Shown here: piece by piece, positions 7,213 through 17,606 of the stretch
Layout of the letters: every line of letters begins with the position of its first letter
Numbering within the stretch: position 1 is the stretch's first letter
NCBI GenBank assembly: GCA_963700695.1
Contig: CAVOYO010000004.1
Span: 71,959 to 135,958, forward strand
Length of the DNA: 64,000 nucleotides
DNA from: an uncultured Acidobacteriota bacterium
GTDB lineage: Bacteria; Acidobacteriota; Vicinamibacteria; Fen-336
Direction of reading: 5' to 3'
Notes under the pieces: generated by a model
What the model was told of the DNA's origin: nothing
The model's input: the letters and a program-made list of their open reading frames with translations, nothing else
Databases searched by the model: none
Translations under genes and position numbers: made by a program

Positions 7213-10200
7213 CTACTGTGGCACAGCTTCCGGCCAGGGGAGCGTCAACGCGGGGTCTCCGAGGAGGAGGAACCCCTCGACGGTCTCTTGCGCCTTCGGA
7301 TCGCGATCGAAGGTGGCCCTCTTGGCGCGCCGGATGGCCTCACCGAGGCTGACGCCGGGCTGGGCGAGCTCGCGATACAGCGCGTCGATGAGGATCGCCT
7401 GTCGCGCCGGCGACGTGATCCCGGCTGGCCCGAAGCTGGCTACCGGCCCGCCTCCCGGCTGCAGCAGCAGTGCCTCGTTGAGGGCGGTGCCGAAGATCCC
7501 GATGTGCCACTGCGACAGACAGGCCCAGGTGAGCAGCACCGTGGGCTTCCAGGTCGAGCCGTGGGCCTCGATGTCCCCGTGGGTGAGGATGCGCTCGTCG
7601 GCCCACTCGGTGAGGCCGGCGTGCCCGAAGTAGTGCGTGAGCAGGGCGCCCGTCTGCCACCCCTCGAGCAGCGCCGCGCGTGCGGCGTTCGGGCCCTGGT
7701 CGACCCGCGCCCAGCGCACGTTCGGGCCGGCAGGCAGCAGGGCCAGGGCCTCCTCGGCGACCGCCCGGAACGGGGCGTCGGTCTCCAGGGAGTTGTCGAC
7801 CACGACGAGCTGGGCGCCCTGGTGGACGTGAAGGGTCTCAGCCTGGGTCGCGATCTTTTCGACGAGGGCCTCGGCCTCGGCGATGGACTGGACCGGCAGC
7901 CGCCCGAAGCGCAGGTCGGGCCGCCCGTCCCCGTCGACGTCGGAGTAGCGCGTCTCCGAGGGCAGCCGTCCCCAGGTGGCGTCGCGGCCGAAGAGCGACG
8001 GCACGAAGCTGCGCGAGCCGATCTCGACGAAATCGCGGGGGTCGAAGGTGTCGTCACCGATCAGAAGGACGTAGCGCAGGGCCGCGCTGACGCGGGACGC
8101 GGTGCGGACGAGGGCCTGGATCGCCCGAGGCTCGACGACGCCTCCGCTGAAGCGGTCGTAGGCGGTGTCGGTCTCCACCACCACGGCCTTCAGGCCGTCG
8201 TCGGCCTTGAGCGCGGCCACCCGATCGGCCTGGGCGCGGAAGAGCGGGTGGGTGACGATCAGGTACTCGACGCCCCCCAGCGACGGGAGGTCGGACTGAT
8301 AGGGCGTGAGGTCGAAGACGGCGGTGCGCGGGCTCGAGTCACGAGGGATCGCGAGATCGAGGAAATCGATGTAGGCCATCGCGTCGCCGCCGGGGGAGCT
8401 CGGGAGGTCCGTTCCGACATAGGTGATCGACAGCGTGTTCCCGCTCGCGAGGAGCGTCTCTGCCGGCACCGTGCCCTCGAGGGTGGCCTCGACGCGTCCG
8501 TCGAAGTCGAGGCTGCCGACGGGGAGGCCGTTGATCGTGGCGGTCAGCGAATGCCGGTGCTCGGTGTAGCCCACGACCTGGATCCGCAGCGGGAGCTCGC
8601 CGGAGGCGCCGGGAAGGAGATCGGGCAGGTCGAAGTCGCCGGCCGCGGGGTCCCAGCTCGGGTCGGGCCACGGCCAGCCCGAGAAGAGAACGTCCCACTG
8701 CCACGGGTCCGGCCCCTCGGGCAGGCTCGGGATGTAGTGGACGTTCTTCTCGACGCGCGTGAAGCCGGGCGTGTCCGGCTTCGAGGTGTCGGTCAGCGCG
8801 ACGGGTCCGCCGGGCGGCGGTGCTCCCACGGTCACGACGTAGGCGTTCGTTCCGGAGTAATCGGTCGACAGCCCCTCGGCCTGGAAGGCCAGGCTCCAGG
8901 AGCGATCCGGGGCGGCCACCCACTGGAAGGGCACACGAGCCCCCCGGCTGGTCAGATAGACCGGGATCCCCGGCCGCAGCCCGACGAGACCGGCGGCCTC
9001 GAGGTCGGTGACCGGGACCTCGACGCGGCCCGCCGCGTGGACCTCGATCTTCACGCCGGAGGTGGCGTACGGACGCGCGCCCCCGCCGCCGCGCCCACCG
9101 CGCGGTCGCGAGGAGGCGTTCCCGTCTCGCGCCCTCGAAGGAACGGAGGGGCGTCGCCGGTGGGACGTGAGGACACGCCGCCCGGCCTGGTCGGCGGCGA
9201 TGTTGAGGGGGCGCATCCCCCGTGTCCGCTGCACCCGGTCGTGGGGGATGCCGGCGCGAGCCATGAGCCGCTCGACGTCCTCGAAGCTCCGACGCATCCG
9301 CCGGTCGCCCACCTGGAAGGGACCCTTCCAGAGCACGCCGCCATCGGTCTCCGTCTCCTTGATCATCACGAACCGCTTCGTCACCGGGCGCGTGCTCACC
9401 CGGTAGAGGATCGGCGTGAGCGAGTCGGGCACCGGGGAGCGCTGGGGCGTGTCGTGCAGCGCCTGACGGCCCCTGGCCCCGCGGGGGTCGTTCGTCTCGT
9501 AGATCATGAAGGACGCGGTGCCGACCTGGGTCGTGGTCACGAAGGCCACCTCGCCCTCGGGGTCCACGCGCACCCCGCGGATCCCGGCCCGGGTGACCGC
9601 CGCGAGGAGGTTCGTCGCGGTGATGGAGTCGGCCCGTCCCGACGAGGAGGAGGTGACGGTCAGGGTCACGTATTCGCGGTGGTAGGTCTGGGCCGGGTCG
9701 ACCGTGCGCCGGAGCTCGTAGGCCAGCGTCCCGCCCCCGGGGACCGTCACGTCCGGCTCGTTGTCCGTGTTCGGGTCGTAGCCGGGTGCGATCGTGTCCC
9801 AGGTGCCGTCACCGTCGGTGTCCTCGGCGATGACGAGGTCGGGGATACCGTCGGCGTCGGTGTCGATGGCGAGCTGGGTGGGATGGTTCAGCCCGTCGAG
9901 GCCGGAGAGGGACGAGTAGGTGATGTCCAGGGCGTATGTGTCGGCCCCGGTGCCCAGGTTCACCAGGGTCCCGGCAAAGACGCCGGTGTCCCCGGGGTCG
10001 ACGATGCGCGTCCCTCCTCCCGAAAGATCGAGCCCGGTGACGACGACGGTGGTGGTGTCGGTGGCGCCGTCGAAGAGGGTGTCGTCATTGCGCGAGACCG
10101 CGGTCAGGTGGGTGACGTCGACGGTGCCCGTCGGCGTCCCCAACGGGGCGTACACCACGACGAACACGAGCTGGGTGGCGCCGTTGGCCAGAGGCAGGGT

Positions 10201-12531
10201 GTTGTTGATGGCCACGTCGATGCCAGGTGAATAGACCCCGTCGCCGTTCGAGTCGTGGTAGATCGTCGCGGTCCAGTTCACGTCGATCTCGTGCCGGCTG
10301 CTGTCGGCGTAGAGGTCGAAGGTGTCGGTGACCCCGGTGCGATTGATGACGCGGTGGGCGTACGAAGTCCACTCGTCCTCCGCGACGACGCCGCTGTTGT
10401 CGGGGATGATCGCCACGGGGCCGAAGTCCGTGGGCCCAAGGATGGTCGTCTCGTCCTCGGCGGTGTCGCTCACCCGGGCCGAGCGGTTCGAGACGGCGAA
10501 GAGGCGGGTGTGGTCCTGCGTCGCCGCCGGCGTCCCCGCCGGGACCGTCACCCGGACCCGATACTCCACCCTCTCCCCGGGGGCCAGGGTGCCGGTGTTG
10601 ATGGTGACCCCACCGTCCCAGACGCCGTCCCCGTTCGTGTCCCGGGCGATGATGCCGCCGGTGTCGGGATCGATCAGGTCGACGGTCCAGCCCTGGTCGC
10701 TGGTGAGGGTCAGCCAATAGGAGTCGGCGATGCAACCCACGATCAGGAGCGGGTCGCAGTCGTTGACCACCTCGTGGGTGTAGCTGACGGTCGTGCCCTC
10801 GGTCGTGAAATCGGCGTTGTTGTATTCGACGACCACCGCCGGGCGCACCACGGGGTCGGTCGTCTGGTCGCTCAGGGGGCCTTCCTGATCCGTCACGACG
10901 GTGGCGGTGTTGACGATATTGGTGACCGCGGTGGCGAGGGGGTCGTCGACCATCACCTGGAGGGTGACGGTCAGCGTCTCGCCGGGGGCCAGGGTGTAGC
11001 CGTCGGTGGCGTCGATGAGATCCGGCGGGTCCGGGAGCAGGGTGGTGCCCGCGATGGCGGAGAAGTCGATACCCTGGACCCAGGCCGGGAACGGCTGGCC
11101 GGAGCGTCGGCGCCGCAGCTCGACCTGCGTGTCGCTCGTGTACCGCGCCGAGAGCATCGGCCGGGGGTAGGCGTTCCCGGTGCCGTTCTGGCCGTTGGTG
11201 ACGAGGGCCATCCGCTGCCCGGCCGCCGCCGCGTCGACGGCGACGTTCACGGTGAGCGCACCGGTGTCGCCGTCGACTTTGAAGCGGTAGTCGGTGGCGA
11301 GGTCCGGGTGGGTGAGCGCGTAGACCTCGAAGTCGACGGCATTGCCGGCATACTCGATTCCGGCGGCAACCGTGCCCTCGGTCCCGTTCTGGGTCACTCC
11401 GTTTCCGAGGGTCAGGGCGACCCCCTCGCCCGCGTCGCCGATGCCCTGGTCGTTGGTGTGTCCGGTGCCCCAGACCCAAGTGTTGTCCCGGGCAACGGCG
11501 CTGCCGAGGGCCGCCGTGTTGTATTCGCCCGCGGCATCGATGCCGTCGCCGCCGTTCCCACCCTGGACCCGCGCGCGCTGCACGGTCCACTCCGAGCCCC
11601 ACTCGACGACCATCACCGTGCTCGTGGCGTCGGACAGGCTCGTGGCCCCGCCGGCGTCGCGTGTCCAGTTGATCGTGTTGGTGCCGGAGGGGTAGATCCG
11701 GGCGTGGCAGACCTTCTGGTCCTCGACATCCGTGTCGCCGGTGCTGCACCCGGCGCCGTTGAAGCCGCCGACGAGCTGCACCTGACCGAGGGAGGTCCAC
11801 GCGGTGGCCGAGGTGTCGTTGCCCGTGACCGCCGTTCCGTTGTGGAGGACTCCCTCCACGCTCCGGAGCCGGAAGCCGGCGGCGTCGCAGTCGGCCACGC
11901 ACTCGACGACGGTGACGACGCCGACCCAGGAGGTGCCCCCCACGCTCGCGCCGCGCTCGATCCGGATCTGGTTGGTGGCGCCGGAGGCGATCAGGTCTCC
12001 GGTACCGAAGGGGTCGCGGGTCAGGCGCGCGTAGTTCGAGTTGGGGCTTCTGTCGTCAGTGTCGAGGGCGGTGCCGTCGGAGCCCTGCACGAGAACGAAG
12101 TAGTCGGCGGCCAGGTCCTGGCCGAGGGTGAGGTCGTAGGTGAGACCGGTGAAGGTGCCCGGGGACAGATAGTACTCGGTCACTCGGAAGACGGGAGACG
12201 AGACCTGGGCGCTCCCGGTCACGTAGGAGGTCCCGGTCGGCAGGGGGTCGGTGACCTCGAGGCCGGTCTGGGTCACCGCGGTGTTGTTGGTGATCTCGAT
12301 GGTGTAGGTGATCGTCTCGCCGGGGGCGACGTTTCCTCCCGCCGCGCTCGAGCGCTTGTCCACGGTGATGGGGGGCGGGACGTACCCGACGGGCGTGGCC
12401 GCGGTCGTGCTCCCCGAGACCGCGAAGATCACCTGGGGGTCGTTGGCCGTCGTGAGAGTGACCCCGACCGGGAAGTCCGGATCGGTCTCGTCCACGTCGG
12501 CGGTGGCGGCGGCGCTCGGGCAGAGGACCAC
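7213..12531 (-). CDS. giant surface protein, uninterrupted C-terminal 1772 aa: DUF11 repeats, unknown beta-rich domains, C25 (gingipain-like) protease module. Probably the 3' part of one ~9-kb gene starting at 16237.
   Basis: DUF11-type repeat: GETITYTIEITNNTAVTQTGLEVTDPLPTGTSYVTGS. C25-like block: RYVLLIGDDTFDPRDF, then YFGHAG (His codon 7621-7623) and LTWACLSQW (Cys codon 7519-7521). Coding-like sequence continues upstream of the listed start in the same frame. Confidence 0.8.
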   Translation of the reverse strand: MVLCPSAAATADVDETDPDFPVGVTLTTANDPQVIFAVSGSTTAATPVGYVPPPITVDKRSSAAGGNVAPGETITYTIEITNNTAVTQTGLEVTDPLPTGTSYVTGSAQVSSPVFRVTEYYLSPGTFTGLTYDLTLGQDLAADYFVLVQGSDGTALDTDDRSPNSNYARLTRDPFGTGDLIASGATNQIRIERGASVGGTSWVGVVTVVECVADCDAAGFRLRSVEGVLHNGTAVTGNDTSATAWTSLGQVQLVGGFNGAGCSTGDTDVEDQKVCHARIYPSGTNTINWTRDAGGATSLSDATSTVMVVEWGSEWTVQRARVQGGNGGDGIDAAGEYNTAALGSAVARDNTWVWGTGHTNDQGIGDAGEGVALTLGNGVTQNGTEGTVAAGIEYAGNAVDFEVYALTHPDLATDYRFKVDGDTGALTVNVAVDAAAAGQRMALVTNGQNGTGNAYPRPMLSARYTSDTQVELRRRRSGQPFPAWVQGIDFSAIAGTTLLPDPPDLIDATDGYTLAPGETLTVTLQVMVDDPLATAVTNIVNTATVVTDQEGPLSDQTTDPVVRPAVVVEYNNADFTTEGTTVSYTHEVVNDCDPLLIVGCIADSYWLTLTSDQGWTVDLIDPDTGGIIARDTNGDGVWDGGVTINTGTLAPGERVEYRVRVTVPAGTPAATQDHTRLFAVSNRSARVSDTAEDETTILGPTDFGPVAIIPDNSGVVAEDEWTSYAHRVINRTGVTDTFDLYADSSRHEIDVNWTATIYHDSNGDGVYSPGIDVAINNTLPLANGATQLVFVVVYAPLGTPTGTVDVTHLTAVSRNDDTLFDGATDTTTVVVTGLDLSGGGTRIVDPGDTGVFAGTLVNLGTGADTYALDITYSSLSGLDGLNHPTQLAIDTDADGIPDLVIAEDTDGDGTWDTIAPGYDPNTDNEPDVTVPGGGTLAYELRRTVDPAQTYHREYVTLTVTSSSSGRADSITATNLLAAVTRAGIRGVRVDPEGEVAFVTTTQVGTASFMIYETNDPRGARGRQALHDTPQRSPVPDSLTPILYRVSTRPVTKRFVMIKETETDGGVLWKGPFQVGDRRMRRSFEDVERLMARAGIPHDRVQRTRGMRPLNIAADQAGRRVLTSHRRRPSVPSRARDGNASSRPRGGRGGGGARPYATSGVKIEVHAAGRVEVPVTDLEAAGLVGLRPGIPVYLTSRGARVPFQWVAAPDRSWSLAFQAEGLSTDYSGTNAYVVTVGAPPPGGPVALTDTSKPDTPGFTRVEKNVHYIPSLPEGPDPWQWDVLFSGWPWPDPSWDPAAGDFDLPDLLPGASGELPLRIQVVGYTEHRHSLTATINGLPVGSLDFDGRVEATLEGTVPAETLLASGNTLSITYVGTDLPSSPGGDAMAYIDFLDLAIPRDSSPRTAVFDLTPYQSDLPSLGGVEYLIVTHPLFRAQADRVAALKADDGLKAVVVETDTAYDRFSGGVVEPRAIQALVRTASRVSAALRYVLLIGDDTFDPRDFVEIGSRSFVPSLFGRDATWGRLPSETRYSDVDGDGRPDLRFGRLPVQSIAEAEALVEKIATQAETLHVHQGAQLVVVDNSLETDAPFRAVAEEALALLPAGPNVRWARVDQGPNAARAALLEGWQTGALLTHYFGHAGLTEWADERILTHGDIEAHGSTWKPTVLLTWACLSQWHIGIFGTALNEALLLQPGGGPVASFGPAGITSPARQAILIDALYRELAQPGVSLGEAIRRAKRATFDRDPKAQETVEGFLLLGDPALTLPWPEAVPQ

Positions 12532-15500
12532 GTTGTCGACGTAGAAGTAGTCGGTTCCCCCGAAGCCACCGGTGGTGCCGAACCGGACGACCAGGTTGTT
12601 GATGGGGAAGCCGGGGTTGAGGGTGAACGAGGCGCTCTGCCACGTGGCATCGGTGGCCGCCGCGTAGGTGGCGAGGGGGATGAAGGCCCCGCCGTCGTAA
12701 GAGACCGAGACCGTGACCTGGTCCGTGAATTCGAGCGAGACCCGACGGTAGTCGATACGTGAGGACGGCGCTGGTCACGCCGCCCAAGGCCGCGGAGCGG
12801 CGAAGCCCTCGGGCGTCTGGCCTCCGCCGGCGATCTCGAGGCTGTAGCCGTTCACGCCGAGCGGGTCGGGCACGACGGTGAGCGATCCGGCGGCCGGGTC
12901 CTGGTCGGGCACCCTCGCCGGAACTCCGTCCAGGAGGTCTCGCCGACCAGTCCCGCGTCCCGTCGCTGCCGTCGTAGGCGACGGTGGTGAAGATCGTCGC
13001 GATAGCAGCCCACGTCCACCGTGCAGGTGTAGTCCCCGTTGGCGTCCGTCGTCGCGACCTGGCTCACGCCGGTGGCGTCGGTCACCACGACGTCCACGTT
13101 GGGGATGCCGGGCTCGCCGGCGTCGAGCACGCCGTCGCCGTCGAGGTCGAGGAAGACCCGGCCGGTCACCGCGGCGCTTCCGACGATCGGGATGGAGACG
13201 AGGTTGGTGTCGAGGGGATTGAGCTCGTTCGAGGTGACGGTGGCCTGGTTGTTCACCGAGCGCCAGGCCGTCCCCGCGTCCACCACGACGCCGAATCGAA
13301 AGACGAGATCCTCGCCCGCCCCCAGGGTCCCTACGACGCAGCTCGACCCGGTCGCCGTAGAGCGTCCCCTCGTCGTCGAGGGCGGCGTCCGTCACCGGGG
13401 TGAAGGACCCGGTGTTGAGCCGCCACTCCATCGACCCCGGCGCGTAGGTGGCGTTGCTGGGGAACGGGTCCACGATCCGCACCGCGGTGGCCGGCGCCGC
13501 GCCGAGGTTCTCGACCAGGATCTCGAAGGTGGCGGTCTGGCCGGGGTGGAGCGGGTCCGCTCGGACCGGTCTTGCTGGCCTCCAGCAGCGGCCCGACGAC
13601 CACCGGAGTGACCTCGTTCGAGAGGAAGTAGGGCGTCTGGCTGCTCTCGTAGCCCCCGCGGTTCTCGATCGGCGTGCCCGCGGGGACGCCGGGGTTGACC
13701 CGGACCTGGAAGGTGAGGGCCCACGGCCCTCCCACCGGGAAGTTGGCCGCCGTCCACACCACCGCGTTCTGGGCAGGGTCGTAGGCGCCGGGGGGACGGT
13801 GAAAGGGCCGGCGCCGGTGATGCTCCCGGCCACGAACGTCGTGTTGGCAGGGATCGCGTCGGAGATGGTGACCCCGGTCTCCGCCACCGCGCCCCCGTTG
13901 ACGACGTTGAGGGTGAAGGTCAGGACGTCGCCGGCCGCCGGGCTGACGTCGTCGACCGATTTCGTGAGGGTGATGTCGGTCTGGACGAGGTCGGCGGTGT
14001 CGAAGGGCGAGAAGGTGCTCCCCCCCAACTGCGCCTCGGCGTGGCCTTCGTTGGTGAGCAGCCGGGGCGTGCCCCCGGGAGCGGGTGGGATGTTGACGCT
14101 GTAGCGGATCGTCAGGGTCCGGTTCGTCCCGAGGGTGTTGGGCGAGAGTGTCCACTCCAGCTGATCGGGGGTGCCGGGGGTGATTGTCGGGTTGGTGGTG
14201 TCCTGAACGAGGTTCGGGTAGGTGACGAGGGTGGAGTCGGGCACGTACGAACGCGCCGGGCACCGCCGGGTCGAGAAGGTCGAACACCCGCAGGTTCGTC
14301 AGCGGACCGAAGTCGTAGCTCGTGACCGTCAGCGTGTAGGTGGCCACCCCGCCCGCGGTGGGGACGGTCGTCTGGTCCACCTCCTTGTCGATGATCAGGA
14401 CCGGGTCGAGGAAGAGCTGGTTGGTCGGGTAGGCGGTGTAGCCGGTGTCGAGGGCGGCATCGCTGTACTGGGTCAGGTCGGTGTCCTGGCCCCAGGCCAC
14501 GGCCACCGGCTTGTTGGTGACGATGCGAGTGCCGGTGTTGTCGCTGTCGTTCGGGTCGAAGGCCCGGATCGCCCCGAGGGCGCTCACCACGTAGGTGTTG
14601 TTCGGGAGGGGGGCGGGGTCGGGGAGCCCATTGCCGGTGAGGTCCACCTGGTCGAAGACGCCGTCGTTGTCGAGATCGAACTGGACGCGGGTGTTGTTCT
14701 GGGTCGCGGCCACGTAGATCGGATTGAGGTCGGCGGTCGGCGGCGGGACGCTGCCCGGCGCGTAGGAGATCGTGTAGTTCCGGGTCAGGAACTTCGTGGC
14801 GAGCCAGGAGTGGCCCCAGTCGCTGATGTTCGTGTTGTAGTCGTAGGCACTGATCCCCCAGAAGTTCCGGTTGCTGGTCAGGCGAACCGTGGACCCGTTC
14901 GGGACGAAACGGCCGCCGCCCGCGGTGCAGCGCCCGGCGCCCGCGGCCACCGTCGTGCCCGTGAAGTAGTCGACCACCGAGTTGGGAGGGATGTCGATGC
15001 TGCAGCTCCCCACGCTGTCGGTCGTCGTCACGGTGAGGGCGTTGAGGGGGTCGGGGTTGAGGATGTAGATGTTGGCCGGACGGTTCTGCGGGGTCCCGCC
15101 TCCGGTTGGTCCTCCGGTGGGGTTGTCCCCGGGGGCGGTGATCACGTAGTCGGTCGAATGGAGGAGGTCGGGCAGCAGCGCGTAGTGCCGGGTCGCCCAC
15201 GTCCCGTCGCCGCCCGTGAAGATCATCCCGTTGATGGGGGCGGTGGTGGAGACCTTCGTCCCCGCGTTGATGGTCAGGCTCGGGGCGGCGGTCGCGTCGT
15301 CGATGAAGCCCAGGGAGCTCCAGTGCTGGCCACGGTTGAGCGTGAACGTCACCGTCCCCGCGCCGGGGCTCGTCACCGCGACCTGGGTGTTGTCCTCGAA
15401 GGCGACGAGGTTGAGGTCGACGTAGTGGAAGGGCTCCATCACGCAATTCGGGCAGCCAAAGGCGGGGTAGAGGTCTTCGCCGACCGGCACGGAGTAGGAG

Positions 15501-16237
15501 CGCGCGGCCTCGACCGCCTGGCGCGACAGCATCTCGGTGGAGCCGCCGATGAACTGCGTGAGCGGGTACTGGGAGTGCACGATGGAAGCGGGCCCCCCCG
15601 AGGTGTAGATGTAGTCGCCGCCGTCGAAGTGGACCTCCGCGTTCGTGCACGCCCCGGCGACCGCACAGCGGCTCGGGTTCACCGGAACCGAGGAGCACAG
15701 CTCGGTGTAGATGAGGGGCTGGGCCGAGGGCAGGGTGCAGCCGGCGGCGACGCCCTGGTCTGACGCGAAGTTGACGAAGTCGCCCTGGGCCAGCACGTCC
15801 ACACCGCAGGGGGAGGTGTTGAGGTCACAGGCGTCGCCGTTGGCGGGGTTCCCGTCGCCGATCACCAGGGTCGAGCCCTGAACCGGGTTCAGGATGTCGG
15901 CCTCGAGGCCGTCCTCCCAGTGGTCGTAGTAGAAGACCTGGTTGTCGGCGGAGGCGGTGGCGGTCACGACGGAGTTCATGGCGCCTGCGAACTGAGCGCC
16001 GCCCTCTCCGTTCTGGACCTTGTCCATCATGTCCCAGATGTGCGTTTCCCGCCCGATGACGAAGTACTCCTGGTACCCGGTGGGGACCGTCTGCGCGCTC
16101 AACGGCGGGACCGCGAGCGCCAGGACGGCGAACGCCGCGGCCGACCGGAGGATCAGCGACCGGGCACGCGTCGCTCCACCGGCCTCGTCCAAGGTTCCGT
16201 CAACCGGCGGTCTGGCCCCGGCACACGTTGGTGACAC
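12532..16237 (-). pseudogene. N-terminal part of the same giant surface protein, broken by at least 7 frameshifts between about 12740 and 14260 (decay or assembly indels)
   Basis: GTG 16235-16237 is preceded by AAGGAG at 6 nt. Signal peptide: RSLILRSAAAFAVLALAVPPLSAQ. Reading is clean to about 14250. After that, good DUF11/SdrD-like sequence hops between ORFs 13331..16429, 12775..14244 and 12852..13286. Examples are VNIPPAPGGTPRLLTNEGHAE, GAYDPAQNAVVWTAANFPVGGPWALTFQVRVNPG, ADPLHPGQTATFEILVENLG and GRVFLDLDGDGVLDAGEPGIPNVDVVVTDATG. A jelly-roll-like segment (RIDYRRVSLEFTDQVTVSVSYDGGAFIPL...YFYVDNVVL) joins in frame to ORF 7213..12531. Confidence 0.6.
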
Positions 16238-16377
16238 CCGCAACTCCTTGATTCCAAGCCGTTTCCGTCGCTGACCGTCCCTGCCGAGACGGACCCGACC
16301 CCGTTGAGCTGCGTGAGCAAGACGTGTGCCGGCGATGCCGTCCCGGGCCCGCGGCGGCGAGAGGCGCGGCTGCCCCA

Positions 16378-16390
16378 CTAAATGATTTAG
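16378..16390. promoter_or_regulatory. perfect 6-1-6 palindrome CTAAAT-G-ATTTAG in an AT-rich island upstream of the giant gene
   Basis: Read directly. It lies about 140-150 nt upstream of the GTG at 16237 and about 100 nt downstream of the bshA stop. Confidence 0.3.
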
Positions 16391-16490
16391 AATCAGTCCA
16401 TTGGGCGCTCGCCCGGGTCGTCTGGTCACGCCCAGGCCGACTGGCCCCGGGGTCGACGTGTCTGGAAATCGGAATCGGATCCACTCAGGA

Positions 16491-17606
16491 TCAGCGACCG
16501 AGCACCCGGGCGTAGGCGGCCTCGTACTGGCTCACGACGCGGTCGGCGTCGAAGAGCGACTCGACGCGGTGACGCGCCGCCTCGCCCATCGCCCGGCGTC
16601 GCTCGTCGTCCTTCAGGATCTCGATCGTCCGGGCCGCCATGCCCTCGACGTCACCCACGGGGAGGAGATACCCGCTCTCGGCGTGGCGCACGACCTCGGG
16701 CAGGCCGCCGGCATCGGACCCGATCACCGGGACGCCGCAGGCCATCGCTTCGAGGGCCGAGAGACCGAACGACTCGAGCTCGGACGGGAGCAGGAACACG
16801 TCGGCCATGGCCGCGATCTCCGCGATGTCCTGCTGGGTTCCCAGAAAACGGAGCCGGTCGAGCACGCCGAGGCGCCGTGCGAGGGCCTGGGCCGAGGACC
16901 GCTCGGGCCCCTCTCCGACCATCAGCAGCACCGCGTCCACCTCTCGGTTCACGCGTTCGAAGATCCGCACCGTGTCGAGGGGTCGCTTCACCGGGCGGAA
17001 GTTCGACACGTGGAGGAGCACCCGCTGCCCGGGGTCGGCGATCCCCGAACGGTCACCTTTCTCGGTCGAGTACTGCTCGAGGTCGACGAAGTTCGGGACG
17101 ACGTCGATGGGCCGGGAGATCTGGAACTCCTCGAGGGTCATGCGTCGCAGGAACTCGGAGACGGCGGTGACGCCGTCGGAGCGCTCGATCCCGAACTTCG
17201 TGATCTCGAAGAACGAGTGGTCCTGGCCGACGATCGTGATGTCGGTGCCGTGCAGCGTTGTCAGCATCCGTGGGGCGCCGTCGCCGAGCATCTGCTGGGC
17301 CAGGATGCCGGCGATGGCGTGGGGGATCGCATAGTGAACGTGGAAGAGCTCGATCCCGTGCTCCCGCACCGCCTCCGCCATCTTCACGGCCAGGGCCAGG
17401 TCGTGCGGCGGGAACTCGAAGAGGGGATAGGAGGAGACGTCCACCTCGTGGAAGCAGATGTTCTGCTGGAAGTCGCCGAAGCGGAACGGGAGGCGGTACG
17501 AGATGACGTGCACCTCGTGCCCCCGGCTCGCCATCTGTTTGCCGAGCTCGGCCGCCACCGCCCCCGAGCCCCCGACGGTGGGGTAGCAGACGATCCCGAG
17601 TCTCAT
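16491..17606 (-). CDS. bshA: N-acetyl-alpha-D-glucosaminyl L-malate synthase BshA (GT4 glycosyltransferase)
   Basis: MRLGIVCYPTVGGSGAVAAELGKQMASRGHEVHVISYRLPFRF closely parallels the BshA N-terminus as I recall it. Its ATG overlaps the bshC stop (ATGA). Confidence 0.88.
   Translation of the reverse strand: MRLGIVCYPTVGGSGAVAAELGKQMASRGHEVHVISYRLPFRFGDFQQNICFHEVDVSSYPLFEFPPHDLALAVKMAEAVREHGIELFHVHYAIPHAIAGILAQQMLGDGAPRMLTTLHGTDITIVGQDHSFFEITKFGIERSDGVTAVSEFLRRMTLEEFQISRPIDVVPNFVDLEQYSTEKGDRSGIADPGQRVLLHVSNFRPVKRPLDTVRIFERVNREVDAVLLMVGEGPERSSAQALARRLGVLDRLRFLGTQQDIAEIAAMADVFLLPSELESFGLSALEAMACGVPVIGSDAGGLPEVVRHAESGYLLPVGDVEGMAARTIEILKDDERRRAMGEAARHRVESLFDADRVVSQYEAAYARVLGR

Noticed and set aside
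12775-12777. In-frame TGA joining ORF 12775..14244 to ORF 7213..12531, considered as selenocysteine or programmed read-through.
   Set aside because: The sequence immediately around it reads best only by switching frames several times (LRRSAALGGVTSAVLTY / RIDYRRVSLEF). The TGA is therefore probably out of the true frame. No SECIS-like evidence was examined or seen.
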